Assembly (NCBI GenBank): GCA_915070155.1
Contig: CAJZFK010000001.1
Coordinates: 1-34,625, forward strand
Reading direction: 5' to 3'
DNA from: an uncultured Candidatus Saccharibacteria bacterium
GTDB lineage: Bacteria > Patescibacteriota > Saccharimonadia > Saccharimonadales > Saccharimonadaceae
DNA length: 34,625 bases
Shown here: positions 18,918 to 29,640 of the stretch, in pieces
How the letters are laid out: each line of letters begins with the position of its first letter
Position numbering within the stretch: the stretch's first letter is position 1
The notes under the pieces: generated by a model
Told to the model about the DNA's origin: nothing
Seen by the model: the letters and a program-made list of their open reading frames with translations, nothing else
The model's database searches: none
Program-made: the position numbers and the translations under genes

Positions 18918-19634
18918 ATGTCAGGACACAGTAAATGGGCCACAACTCACCGACAAAAAGCGATTGTTGACGCTAAGCGCGGCGCGATTTTTACGAAATT
19001 GGGTAATCAAATTGCTATTGCAGCACGTGGCGGCACAGACCCAGCGCTGAATTCGAGTTTGGCGATGGCAATTGAAAAAGCTAAGGCTGCAAATATGCCT
19101 AGCGCAAACATTCAGCGAGCAATTGACCGAGTGGCGGACAAGAGTGCGGCGGCTTTGGAGGAAATTGCTTACGAAGGTTATGGTCCTGGCGGCGTGGGTG
19201 TTATTATTGAAACGGCGACAGATAATCGCAATCGAACATTGCCAGAGGTAAAAACTGCGCTGGTTAAGAATGGTGGGCGAATTGCCGATGCTGGTAGTGT
19301 GATGTTCCAATTTACGCGCAAAGGCGTCATTACTATCGAAGGTAGCGGGGAAGATTTGTTGCTAGCGGTTTTGGACGCTGGCGCCGAAGATGCTGTCGAG
19401 GAAGACGGTGAGATTATCGTGTATACGGAGTTGAAAGATTTGGCGAGTGTGCGAAATAAATTGGTTGAGCAAGGCTTGAAGGTTAAAGATGCGGAACTGC
19501 GATATATTGCCAATACGCCGATAGAAATTGCCGACATGGAAACTGCACAGAAATTGATGAAGATGATTGATGCGCTGGACGATTTGGATGACGTTGTGAA
19601 TGTTCATACGAATGCAGATATCACGGCGGAATAA
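18918..19634 (+). CDS. yebC: YebC/PmpR family protein
   Basis: MSGHSKWATTHRQKA, YEGYGPGGV, TDNRNRT, LDDLDDVVNVHTN. Confidence 0.95.
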   Translation: MSGHSKWATTHRQKAIVDAKRGAIFTKLGNQIAIAARGGTDPALNSSLAMAIEKAKAANMPSANIQRAIDRVADKSAAALEEIAYEGYGPGGVGVIIETATDNRNRTLPEVKTALVKNGGRIADAGSVMFQFTRKGVITIEGSGEDLLLAVLDAGAEDAVEEDGEIIVYTELKDLASVRNKLVEQGLKVKDAELRYIANTPIEIADMETAQKLMKMIDALDDLDDVVNVHTNADITAE

Positions 19635-19649
19635 AATTATCGCTTTAAG

Positions 19650-19677
19650 AAATCGCTCCTTTTTTGGGGCGATTTTT
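19650..19677 (+). terminator. Intrinsic terminator after yebC
   Basis: aaatcgctcc / ggggcgattt stem with T run. Confidence 0.65.
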
Positions 19678-19733
19678 AATTTGACAAAAAGTACGCTAAA
19701 CTAAAGATGATTAACCATAAGCAAGGAGCGAGC

Positions 19734-21539
19734 ATGAAGTATTTGCGCAACACACTACTTATGATACTAGCCGTGGCACTAATAATGCCGTCGCCGTTGG
19801 TTTTAGCGGAAGGTGTTTCAGGTGCTACTCAAGAGTCGAAAATTGATGACGTTCAGACTGTTGATAATAGTTTTAAATCGACTGAGGAAGTGAAAAATCC
19901 AGTTGTTGATAAGAAACAGATCGATAGCAATTCATCTCCCCAATCAAGTGAAAATTACGAGACTCCAACGGAGAATTCGTCTATAGATAGTCCGGGCGAA
20001 AATCTTACCGCCAATGAGTCTTTAAAATCCGAGCCAAACCCCGAATCTGAGCCGCCAAAAACAGATAATCCAGGCGAAAGAACAGAAGAAAATGCTCCGA
20101 TATTAATTTCAAAGATTAGTCAGGACAAAAAATACGTTGAGATTTATAATCCGACGAATCAGAATGTTAATTTGGCTGGTTGGAAAATAGAATATTACGC
20201 TGGACCTGTCGCTAAAACCGTTGGAAAAATTTTCAAGGATGAAGTAATATCGGCGAACGGATTTTTGGTTTTGTCGAACGATAAGATGTCGGCAGATGTC
20301 ATAAAGTTTGATAATAATTTAGGTTTGGCTCAGAGTGATGGATCGGTCGTGTTATCGCGCTCGGACGGGTCGGTCGCAGATACTGTTGGCTGGGGTAATA
20401 ATTCAAAGTCTGCGGGTTCGCCAATTAAAGGCGGCGTGAAAATTGTTTGGCGCTGTTTTATTGGTGAAAATATTATTGATTCGAAAAATAATTCCACTGA
20501 TTTTTTATCGAGTAAAGGTTCTGATAATCAGGAAATTGTGCCGTATTCACGTCCCAGCTGTAAAAAGCCAGAGTCTAACCCTGGCTCCAAGTCCCCAAGA
20601 GAACTCAATAAATGCGAAGGTTTGAAGTTGAATGAAATTGCGTCGAATGTTGATGAACAGTTCATTGAGATTATCAATTCTGGCGAAAAAACCGTCATTA
20701 CGACAGGCTGTAAATTGACGGTTGGCGATTCTGGCGTTCGTGAAAATATTGATGACATCGAATTAAATCCTGGCGAATTTTTAGTGATCAAAATAAAAAA
20801 CACGAATCTGAAATTGCCAAAAACAAAAGGAAAAGTTTATTTGCTGGATGAGGTCGGCTCGAAAATTGATATCTCTGAATATAACAATATGCCAAAAGGC
20901 GCTTCGTGGAGTTCGGTTGATGATGAGTGGACTCGGACATTTGCTATCACTGAAGGCTCCGCTAATATTTTTAAGGAATATCCAGACTGTCAGAGTGGCT
21001 ATGAGAGGAATGTGTTGGGCAAATGTGTGAAAATTGCCACCCCGCCCGCTGAAAGTCCTTGCCCTGTTGGCCAATACCGTCATCCAGAAACTCGCCGTTG
21101 TCGAAAAATTGAAGCGGCAAAAACTATTACGCCCTGTAAAGATGGCTATTATCGTAGTGAAGAAACTGGCAGATGTCGATCTATCGCATCGGCTGCGGCA
21201 AAAACTTTGAAACCTTGCCCAGAGGGTCAATTCCGTAATTCAGCTACGGGTCGATGTAAGAAAATTGCCTCCACTGACGATATAGCAAAAGAATGCCCAG
21301 AAGGATTTGAACGTAATCCGCAAACTAAGCGATGTCGAAAGATAAAATCTGCGAATATGCCAACTGTTGGTTCGGCGGCTGCTGAAGTTAAACAAGTCGC
21401 TGGTGCTACTTGGGGTTGGTGGGTGTTTGGCGGCGTGAGCTTACTGGCCGTCGGTTATGGCATATGGCAATGGCGATGGGAAATTTCGCAATTTGTACGA
21501 AAAATCCGCGAAATCATTAAATCCGCTAACGGCAAATAA
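19734..21539 (+). CDS. Secreted, C-terminally anchored lamin-tail-domain protein with five two-cysteine repeats
   Basis: Signal peptide after AAGGAG. Two LTD-like segments (YVEIYNPTNQNVNLAGWKI; LNEI..FIEIINSG), five Cys repeats, C-terminal TM and basic tail. Alternative start at 19707. Confidence 0.8.
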   Translation: MKYLRNTLLMILAVALIMPSPLVLAEGVSGATQESKIDDVQTVDNSFKSTEEVKNPVVDKKQIDSNSSPQSSENYETPTENSSIDSPGENLTANESLKSEPNPESEPPKTDNPGERTEENAPILISKISQDKKYVEIYNPTNQNVNLAGWKIEYYAGPVAKTVGKIFKDEVISANGFLVLSNDKMSADVIKFDNNLGLAQSDGSVVLSRSDGSVADTVGWGNNSKSAGSPIKGGVKIVWRCFIGENIIDSKNNSTDFLSSKGSDNQEIVPYSRPSCKKPESNPGSKSPRELNKCEGLKLNEIASNVDEQFIEIINSGEKTVITTGCKLTVGDSGVRENIDDIELNPGEFLVIKIKNTNLKLPKTKGKVYLLDEVGSKIDISEYNNMPKGASWSSVDDEWTRTFAITEGSANIFKEYPDCQSGYERNVLGKCVKIATPPAESPCPVGQYRHPETRRCRKIEAAKTITPCKDGYYRSEETGRCRSIASAAAKTLKPCPEGQFRNSATGRCKKIASTDDIAKECPEGFERNPQTKRCRKIKSANMPTVGSAAAEVKQVAGATWGWWVFGGVSLLAVGYGIWQWRWEISQFVRKIREIIKSANGK

Positions 21540-21555
21540 TTGCTATAATAAAGAT

Positions 21556-22029
21556 ATGAGAATTATCGGGATTGATCCGGGAACGGGAATTTTGGGGTTT
21601 GGTGTGATTGATTTTTCTCGTGGCAAGTTTAAGATGGTTACGGCGGGAGTTGTGACGACGCCGGCACATACGCCAATTGACGAAAGGCTTGAAGATATTT
21701 TTGATAGCCTAACAGAGATTATTGCCGAAACAAATCCTGATGTTATGTCGATTGAAAAGCTATTTTTTGCGCGCAATGTTACGACGGCGATTTCCGTGGC
21801 GGAAGCGCGCGGCGTGGCGATGTTGACTGGGCGAAAAGCCGGAATACCGATTGCTGAATATACGCCATTGCAAATAAAGCAAACTTTGACCGGCTATGGC
21901 AAGGCTGACAAAAAGCAAGTTCAGGAAATGGTGCGACTCAATTTGGGCTTGAAAGATGTTCCGAAGCCGGATGACTGCGCGGATGCTTTGGCTGCAGCAA
22001 TTACACACGCAGCGATGAATCGGGTATAA
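21556..22029 (+). CDS. ruvC: Holliday junction resolvase RuvC
   Basis: MRIIGIDPG, IEKLFF, EYTPLQIK..TGYGKADKKQV, PDDCADALAAA. Start moved to ATG 21556. Confidence 0.96.
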   Translation: MRIIGIDPGTGILGFGVIDFSRGKFKMVTAGVVTTPAHTPIDERLEDIFDSLTEIIAETNPDVMSIEKLFFARNVTTAISVAEARGVAMLTGRKAGIPIAEYTPLQIKQTLTGYGKADKKQVQEMVRLNLGLKDVPKPDDCADALAAAITHAAMNRV

Positions 22030-22036
22030 TTGAAAT

Positions 22037-22612
22037 ATGATTGCACATGTTTTTGGAAAAGTTGCTGAGAAGTTTAATGGCTCGTTAGTCATTGATGTTC
22101 ATGGTGTTGGATATGAAGTTAGTGTGGCGACTAATGATTTTGACGCGGTGGTATTAGATCAAGAGGTAAAGTTTTACACTTACCATCATGTTCGCGAACA
22201 GTCTGAGGAGCTGTTCGGATTTTCTAGTCTGGCGGCGAAAAAGTTATTTGAAATGCTAATCACGGTTCAGGGGGTTGGCCCGAAGGCGGCGCTGGCTATT
22301 TTAAGCTTGGGTGATGCCGAGCAAGTGCGCAATGCTATTGCTAACGCTGACAGCGGCTTTGTACAAAAGGCTACTGGCGTCGGCAAAAAAACCGCCGAGC
22401 GAGTAGTGGTTGATTTGAGTGATAAAGTGGGTCTGCCTACTCATTATGGCCGAGCGGAAGAACCGCTGCAAACTGAGTTAAACACCTCAGATGAAGCTCT
22501 GGAAGCGCTTATGGCTCTGGGCTATACGCTGGCAGATGCCACTAAGGCACTCGAAAACGTCGATGCTAATTTGCCGACAGCCCAGCGAGTGACTGAGGCG
22601 CTGAAGAAATAG
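22037..22612 (+). CDS. ruvA: Holliday junction branch migration protein RuvA
   Basis: VHGVGYEV, LFGF, VQGVGPKAALAIL, GVGKKTAERVVVDL, ALEALMALGY. Confidence 0.96.
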   Translation: MIAHVFGKVAEKFNGSLVIDVHGVGYEVSVATNDFDAVVLDQEVKFYTYHHVREQSEELFGFSSLAAKKLFEMLITVQGVGPKAALAILSLGDAEQVRNAIANADSGFVQKATGVGKKTAERVVVDLSDKVGLPTHYGRAEEPLQTELNTSDEALEALMALGYTLADATKALENVDANLPTAQRVTEALKK

Positions 22613-22682
22613 ATCTTTGCATTCTAATATTTAATTATTGACCCTAAATTAAGTTATTGCTTGTAAATGCTATAATTAATGT

Positions 22683-23681
22683 ATGGCAATTGAGAGAATA
22701 GTTGATACGAGTTCGCATGATGATGATTCTGAAGAGCAGCGAATTGAGGTGAGTCTGCGTCCGCAAAGTTTTGCTGAGTATGTTGGTCAGGAAAGATTGA
22801 AGCGTAATTTGCGCTTGGCGATTGATGCGGCTAAAAAGCGCGGCGAGCCGTTGGATCATGTATTATTATATGGTCCGCCGGGGCTTGGTAAAACAACTAT
22901 GGCGACGGTGATTGCTAATGAAATGGGCACGAATCTGCGGATTACTAGCGGTCCGGCTATTGAAAAAGCGGGCGATTTGGCGTCGATTCTGACTAATTTG
23001 TCGGACGGTGATATTCTGTTTATCGATGAGATTCATCGGTTGGGTCGATCAGTGGAGGAAATCTTGTATTCTGCAATGGAAGATTTTAAGCTGGATATTG
23101 TGATTGGAAAAGGTCCGGCAGCGCGATCAATTCGATTGGATTTGCCGCGATTTACGGTGATTGGTGCGACGACGCGAACCGGAAGTTTGGCGGCACCTTT
23201 GCGTGATAGGTTCGGGCATATTTATCGTTTGGAATTTTACACACCAGAGGACATTGCGAAAATCGTGACGCGTAGTGCGAAGATTTTGGAGTCGTCAATT
23301 CGAAGTGAAGCGGCGGATTTATTGTCGACGCGAGCACGCTTGACGCCACGTATTGCCAATAGGCTTCTTAAGCGAGTTCGTGACTACGCCGATGTTAATG
23401 GCGACGGAATAATTGATGTAAAAACTACAACCAACGCTTTGGAAATGCTGGAAGTGGATGAGTTGGGCTTGGATCCGGCTGATCGTAATTTATTACAGTC
23501 GATTCTGGAAAATTATGGCGATAATCCTGTTGGCTTAACAACAATTGCGGCGCTGACTGGCGACGAAGCGACGACAATTGAGGATTTTTATGAACCATAT
23601 TTGCTACAAATTGGGTTTATTGAGCGCACACCGCGTGGTCGTCGAGTGACGATTAAGGCAAAGCGACATTTGGGAAAATAG
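22683..23681 (+). CDS. ruvB: Holliday junction helicase RuvB
   Basis: [46 protein letters not shown]. Confidence 0.98.
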   Translation: MAIERIVDTSSHDDDSEEQRIEVSLRPQSFAEYVGQERLKRNLRLAIDAAKKRGEPLDHVLLYGPPGLGKTTMATVIANEMGTNLRITSGPAIEKAGDLASILTNLSDGDILFIDEIHRLGRSVEEILYSAMEDFKLDIVIGKGPAARSIRLDLPRFTVIGATTRTGSLAAPLRDRFGHIYRLEFYTPEDIAKIVTRSAKILESSIRSEAADLLSTRARLTPRIANRLLKRVRDYADVNGDGIIDVKTTTNALEMLEVDELGLDPADRNLLQSILENYGDNPVGLTTIAALTGDEATTIEDFYEPYLLQIGFIERTPRGRRVTIKAKRHLGK

Positions 23682-23743
23682 TTATCGTATTCTTCGGCTT
23701 TTTGTGCTTTAATAAAACCAGACAAACTTAACTAGGAGCCGCC

Positions 23744-24232
23744 ATGGGCAAAAAACAAGCAACGACATCACCAGTTAAGAACTCTAAAGCTAGGCGCTGG
23801 CTACGACGATTTATAATTTTGATAGGAATTTTGGCTGGCTTGTGGCTGGTCAATTTTTTAACTTGGCTGCCAGCGTATGTGGAAGTGTGGAATATGGAAC
23901 GAGATCCAATGGCTGAAAAGGGCGTTTTGGGATTAAGGCTGAAATCGTCACGCGAAATACATCGCATACCTACAGAACGCGGATTTTTAAAAAAGAGCAC
24001 ATATCCATCAGTTGATAGATATTATGAGATGCCTCAAAATGGGTCGGTGAGTGATTTGTTAAATAGACTGCAACGATACGCTGAAGATTCTGGCTGGAAG
24101 CTAGACAGAGAGAGGTCTGGTGCGGAATATTTTGTAGGATATAAGGATATAGAGGGTAGGAAATATCAGGTCAGCGTGGGAATAGGTGACGAAAAAGTAG
24201 TATATATATCAGTAGAGGGCTTGGACGACTAA
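23744..24232 (+). CDS. Hypothetical protein with N-terminal membrane anchor
   Basis: AGGAG RBS, basic N-terminus, one TM helix, ~120-aa soluble domain; ends 1 nt before the next ATG. Confidence 0.75.
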   Translation: MGKKQATTSPVKNSKARRWLRRFIILIGILAGLWLVNFLTWLPAYVEVWNMERDPMAEKGVLGLRLKSSREIHRIPTERGFLKKSTYPSVDRYYEMPQNGSVSDLLNRLQRYAEDSGWKLDRERSGAEYFVGYKDIEGRKYQVSVGIGDEKVVYISVEGLDD

Positions 24233-24233
24233 T

Positions 24234-26693
24234 ATGAAAATTAGAGTTATTATATTATCTTTCTTTGTGGCTATTATTTCTGGACTTTTTATACAACAGT
24301 CGGTTCAAGGCGAAGTTGTTCCTTATAATTACGCAGGAAAGAAACTTACTATTACATCACTAGGCGATTCTTATTCGGCTGGCAATGGTGCCGATGGGTA
24401 TGAATATGGTCCTGCTGTCTGTCATCGCAACAGTAATAACTGGGCGGAAATGTATAAAAGATGGCTAAGCAATAACGGACTGTCAGTAACGCTTATAAAT
24501 CGCGCTTGTTCTGGAGCTAAAATTAATGACTTCTTGGAGGATAAGAGTGCGGGTAGTGTCGTAAAAACGATTAGTGGTGATCCGAGCAAGCTAGCAACGA
24601 ATGAACAGATTATTAAATACGCAGAAGATAAGGATATTTGCAATATTAAACCGAATAACGACTTAAAAGTTGCTTATAGGATCATAAGTAGTGCGATTGG
24701 CTCTAAGCGCGGAGAAAATCAGAAAAGAGTCAATATAAGATGTAATTATACGATTCGACGACAACTTGATAGCGTGGATCGCAGCACGGATATGGTAATG
24801 ATGACGATTGGTGGAAATGATTTGGGTTTTGACGGCATTGTTAAATCTTGTTTTACCGCTGTAATAAGATCTGCTTCAGATTGCAAAACAAAGATAAACG
24901 ACGCCAGGAATTTGCTGGATAAATTAGAAGATAGAACGAAAACCATTTTATCATCGCTTAATTCTCGTTTACGTCCAGACGCGAAAATAGTTCTCTTAGG
25001 ATACCCGCTACTAGCACTTGATAATGACGAGAAACTATCCGATTTTTCGGTTGCTAGCGAAGTGCGCAAGTTAGGGCTGGAGGGTAATTTACGTCAGAAA
25101 AAGGTGGTTGAGGAATATAATAAAAGCCTCGGTAAAGAGAAAGTGATTTTTATTGATAGTTTGCCAAAGCGGTTTTCTGGACATGAGCCAGACGCCTCAA
25201 TATTTAAGAAGAATCACGACCGTTGGATTCATGAATTCCTTGAGCCAAATGCATTCAATATGAGCTCGTGGTATCATCCAAACTTCTTTGGACATAGCAA
25301 TTATATGTCAGCGCTTCGCGAAAAAGTACCGCTGCCCAATTTAGTGAAACCAATAACGAAAACGAACGGCGATATTGATGTAGTATTTGTTATTGACACG
25401 ACTGGTTCGATGAATAGTTCAATTAGTGCTGTTAGAAATAACATTCGAAATATATTTGAGTCGATCAGTTCGAAAACCAAGAGTGCTAGATTTGCACTGG
25501 TTACTTATCAAGATCATCCGTGTTGTGGCGGAAGCTCGGGAGATTATCCGTCCAAAATTGAGACAGATTTTACGAGTAGTGTCGAGGTGTTTAACAAGGC
25601 TGTCAATTTTATTCAACTCGGTAATGGTGGTGACTGGGAAGAATCTGTTTACTCTGGTATTAAGACGGGGCTGAATCTACAATGGCGAGCGGGAGTAAAG
25701 AAGATTATGATTGTGATTGGTGACGCTCCATCTAAGGATCCAGAACCAGTTACTGAGCTAACCGAACAATCTATCGTTGATGCTGCTTATGCCGTTGATC
25801 CGGCTCAAATATATATTATTGACACTTCTCGTACTGTTGCGATGGCGCCTGTGATGCCTTTGGCTGAAAGAACGGGCGGCGCATATTTACAAGCCGATGA
25901 TAGTAATAAGATCGTTGATCAAGTTAATGCGTCAGTTGAAAGTGTGACAGACAAGCCGAATGCCTGGATAAATCGTCAATATGTGGCGAAAATTGGCGAC
26001 ACATTAGAATTGGATGGCGCTGGTTCTTATTCGTCAAACGGTAAAATCGTGAAATATGAATGGGACGTCGATCAAGATGGTGTGTATGACGTGACGACGA
26101 ATAAGCCTTTTGTCAATTATACGTTTACTAAGGAATTTTCTGGGTTGCTAACACTTAGGGTGACTGATAGTTCTGGACTAACGAACGTAGCAACGACAAC
26201 TTTGACGGTTAGCGATGACGGTGATGAACACGAACGGGAATTTGATAATTGTCCAGATGTAGCGAATCCAGATCAAGCTGATTATGACAAGGATGGAATT
26301 GGTGATGCTTGTGATTCTGATCCGGGATATTTGGAGGAATATGGCTATTATCAGATGCTAGAGTATGAAAAGAATCAAGCAAAGAAAGATGATGGTAAAA
26401 AAGAAAATACAAATCGTAAACCTGTTGACATGTCTTCGAGTAATGAAGTAAGCGGCGGTGACAACAAGAAAATAGCCACCATGGCTTCTGGCAGTAAGGA
26501 CGTAAAACTTCAGGAGAATGGTGGTGTGAATGAGGTGGAGTTGAAGGAAACTCAGAAAAAATCCGAGGACAATAATGAAGACAACAGTAGTGGATTGTCG
26601 TGGTTTGGCATTGCTACGGCTGTTGGAATGATTGCAATTAGTGTAGTAACAATAGTTATAAAAGTTTATCGCCAAAAAACAAGATTATCTTAA
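24234..26693 (+). CDS. Surface protein: SGNH/GDSL hydrolase + vWA + PKD-like + TSP3 repeat + C-terminal TM
   Basis: Signal peptide. SGNH blocks LGDSYSAG / ACSGA / TIGGND / YHPN; vWA MIDAS DVVFVIDTTGSM; PKD-like LDGAGSYS..YEWD..LRVTD; TSP3 DNCPDVANPDQADYDKDGIGDACD; TM plus basic tail. Confidence 0.85.
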   Translation: MKIRVIILSFFVAIISGLFIQQSVQGEVVPYNYAGKKLTITSLGDSYSAGNGADGYEYGPAVCHRNSNNWAEMYKRWLSNNGLSVTLINRACSGAKINDFLEDKSAGSVVKTISGDPSKLATNEQIIKYAEDKDICNIKPNNDLKVAYRIISSAIGSKRGENQKRVNIRCNYTIRRQLDSVDRSTDMVMMTIGGNDLGFDGIVKSCFTAVIRSASDCKTKINDARNLLDKLEDRTKTILSSLNSRLRPDAKIVLLGYPLLALDNDEKLSDFSVASEVRKLGLEGNLRQKKVVEEYNKSLGKEKVIFIDSLPKRFSGHEPDASIFKKNHDRWIHEFLEPNAFNMSSWYHPNFFGHSNYMSALREKVPLPNLVKPITKTNGDIDVVFVIDTTGSMNSSISAVRNNIRNIFESISSKTKSARFALVTYQDHPCCGGSSGDYPSKIETDFTSSVEVFNKAVNFIQLGNGGDWEESVYSGIKTGLNLQWRAGVKKIMIVIGDAPSKDPEPVTELTEQSIVDAAYAVDPAQIYIIDTSRTVAMAPVMPLAERTGGAYLQADDSNKIVDQVNASVESVTDKPNAWINRQYVAKIGDTLELDGAGSYSSNGKIVKYEWDVDQDGVYDVTTNKPFVNYTFTKEFSGLLTLRVTDSSGLTNVATTTLTVSDDGDEHEREFDNCPDVANPDQADYDKDGIGDACDSDPGYLEEYGYYQMLEYEKNQAKKDDGKKENTNRKPVDMSSSNEVSGGDNKKIATMASGSKDVKLQENGGVNEVELKETQKKSEDNNEDNSSGLSWFGIATAVGMIAISVVTIVIKVYRQKTRLS

Positions 26694-26717
26694 GTTCTGT
26701 CGTGTTATAATATAGGC

Positions 26718-27554
26718 ATGAATCCGCAAACATCCTCGTCAGAAGATTTAACGCAGCCTGCTGCGTATGATGCTGATGGTCGACCACTGTACCATCATCC
26801 ACCACAGACTGGTCGTCCAGCTCCTGTTGTGGCGCAGACGAATTCTTATGTGACGGCAAGACCAGAAATTATTGATGGGGAGAATTTTGATCCGCGATTG
26901 CGTAGTCAGTATGCTAATGAACCGCAAGTCGTACATGTTGCCAGGGATATTGACCCGAAGCCATTTACTATTAGCGATGACTTGAAGCAAAAACATGAAA
27001 AATCAGTTCAGCAATACCCGAATCTCAATTTGAGCGAAGGCGAATATATTATTTTGGATATTAAACGCCATCCAATTGGTATGCTAATTCCGACGGGAAT
27101 CTCGGTTTTCTTGGTGGTGATGATTATGGTGTTTGTGATGTTTTATCCGTCAATTGCTCGTGACGCAATTATCTCGCCGATGCCTTCACTGACTGATGTG
27201 TTTGGCGTGGCAATGTTGCTTATTGGGTTGGTGGCGCTTGGCGGTGCGGTGTCCTTGTGGATATATTTGCAGAATCATTTTTACATGACGAATGAAAGTG
27301 TGATTCAGGAAATCCAGGGTAGCTTATTTTATAGGCATGAACAAACGGTGAGCTTAGGTAGTATTGAAGATGCAAGCTTCCTCCAATCAGGCATTATTCA
27401 GACTCTTTTCAATTATGGCACGATTCGCCTCAGCACCGAGGGTGAAGAAACGACATATATATTCCATTTTGTGGCAAATCCACGCAAGCAAATTGCGATA
27501 ATCAACAATGCCATTGAAGACTTTAAGAATGGCCGTCCTGTTTGTGATGATTAG
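26718..27554 (+). CDS. Membrane protein with bacterial PH domain (bPH_2-like)
   Basis: Two TM helices, then FYMTNESVI..QTVSLGSIEDASF.Q.GIIQTLFNYGTIRLST. Confidence 0.75.
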   Translation: MNPQTSSSEDLTQPAAYDADGRPLYHHPPQTGRPAPVVAQTNSYVTARPEIIDGENFDPRLRSQYANEPQVVHVARDIDPKPFTISDDLKQKHEKSVQQYPNLNLSEGEYIILDIKRHPIGMLIPTGISVFLVVMIMVFVMFYPSIARDAIISPMPSLTDVFGVAMLLIGLVALGGAVSLWIYLQNHFYMTNESVIQEIQGSLFYRHEQTVSLGSIEDASFLQSGIIQTLFNYGTIRLSTEGEETTYIFHFVANPRKQIAIINNAIEDFKNGRPVCDD

Positions 27555-27558
27555 CTAA

Positions 27559-27951
27559 TTATTTGTGGCGACTTTCTTTTACGTAGTCGTCTTCATCGAC
27601 AAGCGTCGCAACAAGTTTGTATGACTTACATTTTCCGTCATTACAATTTGAAGATTCGTAACGATAACTGCTGTCTTTCTCGCCAATTTTCTTACCTTGC
27701 GGATCTTTTAACAACGCGGGATCCATAGTCGGAAGCGTACCTTCTTCTAGCTTCTCTGGGTAATAGTCATTTTTAACGTAAAAACCTTCTTCCAAGCTAT
27801 AATGCATGGCGTTAATCGCGGTGCGTTTTTTGGCGTTATTTGATTCGTTGGTCAATTTTGTATATTGTGAGAAACCTAAGATTGCGATGATAATCAAGAA
27901 AGTCGCTACAACCAAAAGTTCAATAATAGTGAAACCGTTTCGCTTATTCAT
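27559..27951 (-). CDS. Type IV pilin / pseudopilin
   Basis: Class III signal MNKRNG|FTIIELLVV with E5, hydrophobic helix, C-terminal Cys pair. Confidence 0.9.
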   Translation of the reverse strand: MNKRNGFTIIELLVVATFLIIIAILGFSQYTKLTNESNNAKKRTAINAMHYSLEEGFYVKNDYYPEKLEEGTLPTMDPALLKDPQGKKIGEKDSSYRYESSNCNDGKCKSYKLVATLVDEDDYVKESRHK

Positions 27952-28018
27952 GAATGTAATTATAGCAAATCTTGCGACAAATCGGTATAATAAAGGAAGT
28001 AACTAAGGAGGGAATGCT

Positions 28019-29074
28019 ATGGCAAAATCAGACAGTAAAACAGTAAATCCAGAAAAGTCAAGTCAGGCATCGGATAAAAAAGTTGATGAAGGTAAGCTTA
28101 AGGCGCTTGGTCTAGCAATGGATCAAATCACCAAGCAATTTGGCGACGGATCAATTATGAAATTGGGCGAGGCTCATAAAGTCGATGTTGAAGTAATTCC
28201 TTCTGGTGCTTTGAGTTTGGATTTGGCGCTCGGTGGCGGATATCCAAAAGGTCGTATCATAGAAATCTATGGTCCAGAAAGCTCGGGTAAGACAACATTG
28301 ACGCTTCACGCTATTGCAGAAATTCAGAAGCAGGGCGGAACGGCGGCGTTTATTGATGCTGAGCACGCTCTCGATCCAGCATATGCTAAGCGTCTGGGCG
28401 TGGACACGGAAAATTTGTTGGTTTCTCAGCCAGATAACGGCGAGCAAGCATTGGAAATTACGGAGACGTTGGTTCGTTCGAACGCGGTGGATTTGGTGAT
28501 AGTCGACTCGGTGGCTGCCTTGACGCCACAGGCTGAAATTGATGGCGATATGGGCGATTCTCATATGGGTCTTCAGGCTCGATTGATGAGTCAGGCTCTA
28601 CGTAAATTGACGGGAATTATCAATAAATCAAAAGCCACGGTGATCTTTATCAATCAGATTCGTATGAAAATTGGCGTGATGTTTGGCAATCCTGAAACGA
28701 CAACTGGTGGCAATGCGTTGAAGTTTTATGCGTCGCAGCGAATTGATATTCGTCGAATTGGTCAAATTAAAGTTGGCGATGATATTATTGGTAACCGCAC
28801 GAAAATTAAGGTTGTGAAAAATAAGATCGCACCGCCGTTCCGCGTGGCTGAATTTGACATTATGTACAACGAGGGAATTAGTAAAACTGGCGATATCTTG
28901 GACTTAGCGGCAACGCACGGTATAGTTGAAAAATCTGGCGCGTTTTATAAATATAACGGCGAAACGATTGGTCAAGGGCGCGATAAAACGAAGACTTATT
29001 TGAAGGAAAATCCTGAGGTTTTGGCGGAAATTGATCAGAAAGTGCGTGATAAAGTGAAGGAGGAGGAAAAGTAA
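28019..29074 (+). CDS. recA: Recombinase RecA
   Basis: [56 protein letters not shown]. Confidence 0.99.
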   Translation: MAKSDSKTVNPEKSSQASDKKVDEGKLKALGLAMDQITKQFGDGSIMKLGEAHKVDVEVIPSGALSLDLALGGGYPKGRIIEIYGPESSGKTTLTLHAIAEIQKQGGTAAFIDAEHALDPAYAKRLGVDTENLLVSQPDNGEQALEITETLVRSNAVDLVIVDSVAALTPQAEIDGDMGDSHMGLQARLMSQALRKLTGIINKSKATVIFINQIRMKIGVMFGNPETTTGGNALKFYASQRIDIRRIGQIKVGDDIIGNRTKIKVVKNKIAPPFRVAEFDIMYNEGISKTGDILDLAATHGIVEKSGAFYKYNGETIGQGRDKTKTYLKENPEVLAEIDQKVRDKVKEEEK

Positions 29075-29598
29075 TGCGAGCAGTAGAGTCCAGATATTCA
29101 GCCGAACACCACATGGCGTCAGTTAATCTTATTTTTGATAACGAGCAGACTGCTTACATTCGAGAACTGTCGGAAAAAATGAATCTTGATTTCGGTGAGT
29201 TTATTCCGCACGCAACGCTAATCAATGTGACTGAGCAGGATATACCGCGTCTCAAGTTAGCTGCCGCCGCGCTGCCGTCCCTAGACAAACTGGTACTTGA
29301 CGGTGTCAACTTTTTGCCAGATGAAGCTGGTAATTGTGTTTGTGTTGAGTTGCGCGTACAGAAAACCTCCTGGATGGTTGAAGTACGTCGGAAGTTGCTT
29401 GAAATGCTGGATGATATTCATCCGGGGCTGGATATCGATGGATTTCGCCCACACATTACGCTTGGCATTGTCGAGGCTGGTACGCTCGGCGATGTCGATA
29501 TGAGCGCTATTCCGCGCCAACTGCCGGTTATTACTAAGCCGCGTGCTGCCGCTTGTTACAACGGCGTACATGGCAAAGTAGTTGAGGTAGTCGAATAG
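29074..29598 (+). CDS. 2H phosphoesterase (LigT/ThpR-like 2'-5' RNA ligase superfamily)
   Basis: Two HxT motifs, FIPHATL and FRPHITL. ATG overlaps the recA stop. Confidence 0.78.
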   Translation: MRAVESRYSAEHHMASVNLIFDNEQTAYIRELSEKMNLDFGEFIPHATLINVTEQDIPRLKLAAAALPSLDKLVLDGVNFLPDEAGNCVCVELRVQKTSWMVEVRRKLLEMLDDIHPGLDIDGFRPHITLGIVEAGTLGDVDMSAIPRQLPVITKPRAAACYNGVHGKVVEVVE

Positions 29599-29640
29599 TC
29601 CACTAGTAGCTACGTATAATTTTAGCGCTATAATAGTTTT

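Noticed and set aside
21457..21555. N-terminal extension of RuvC in the ORF track (similarly hrcA from 6987)
   Set aside because: It overlaps the upstream gene or operator. The family-typical N-termini begin at 21556 and 7014, each 6 nt after a -10 box.
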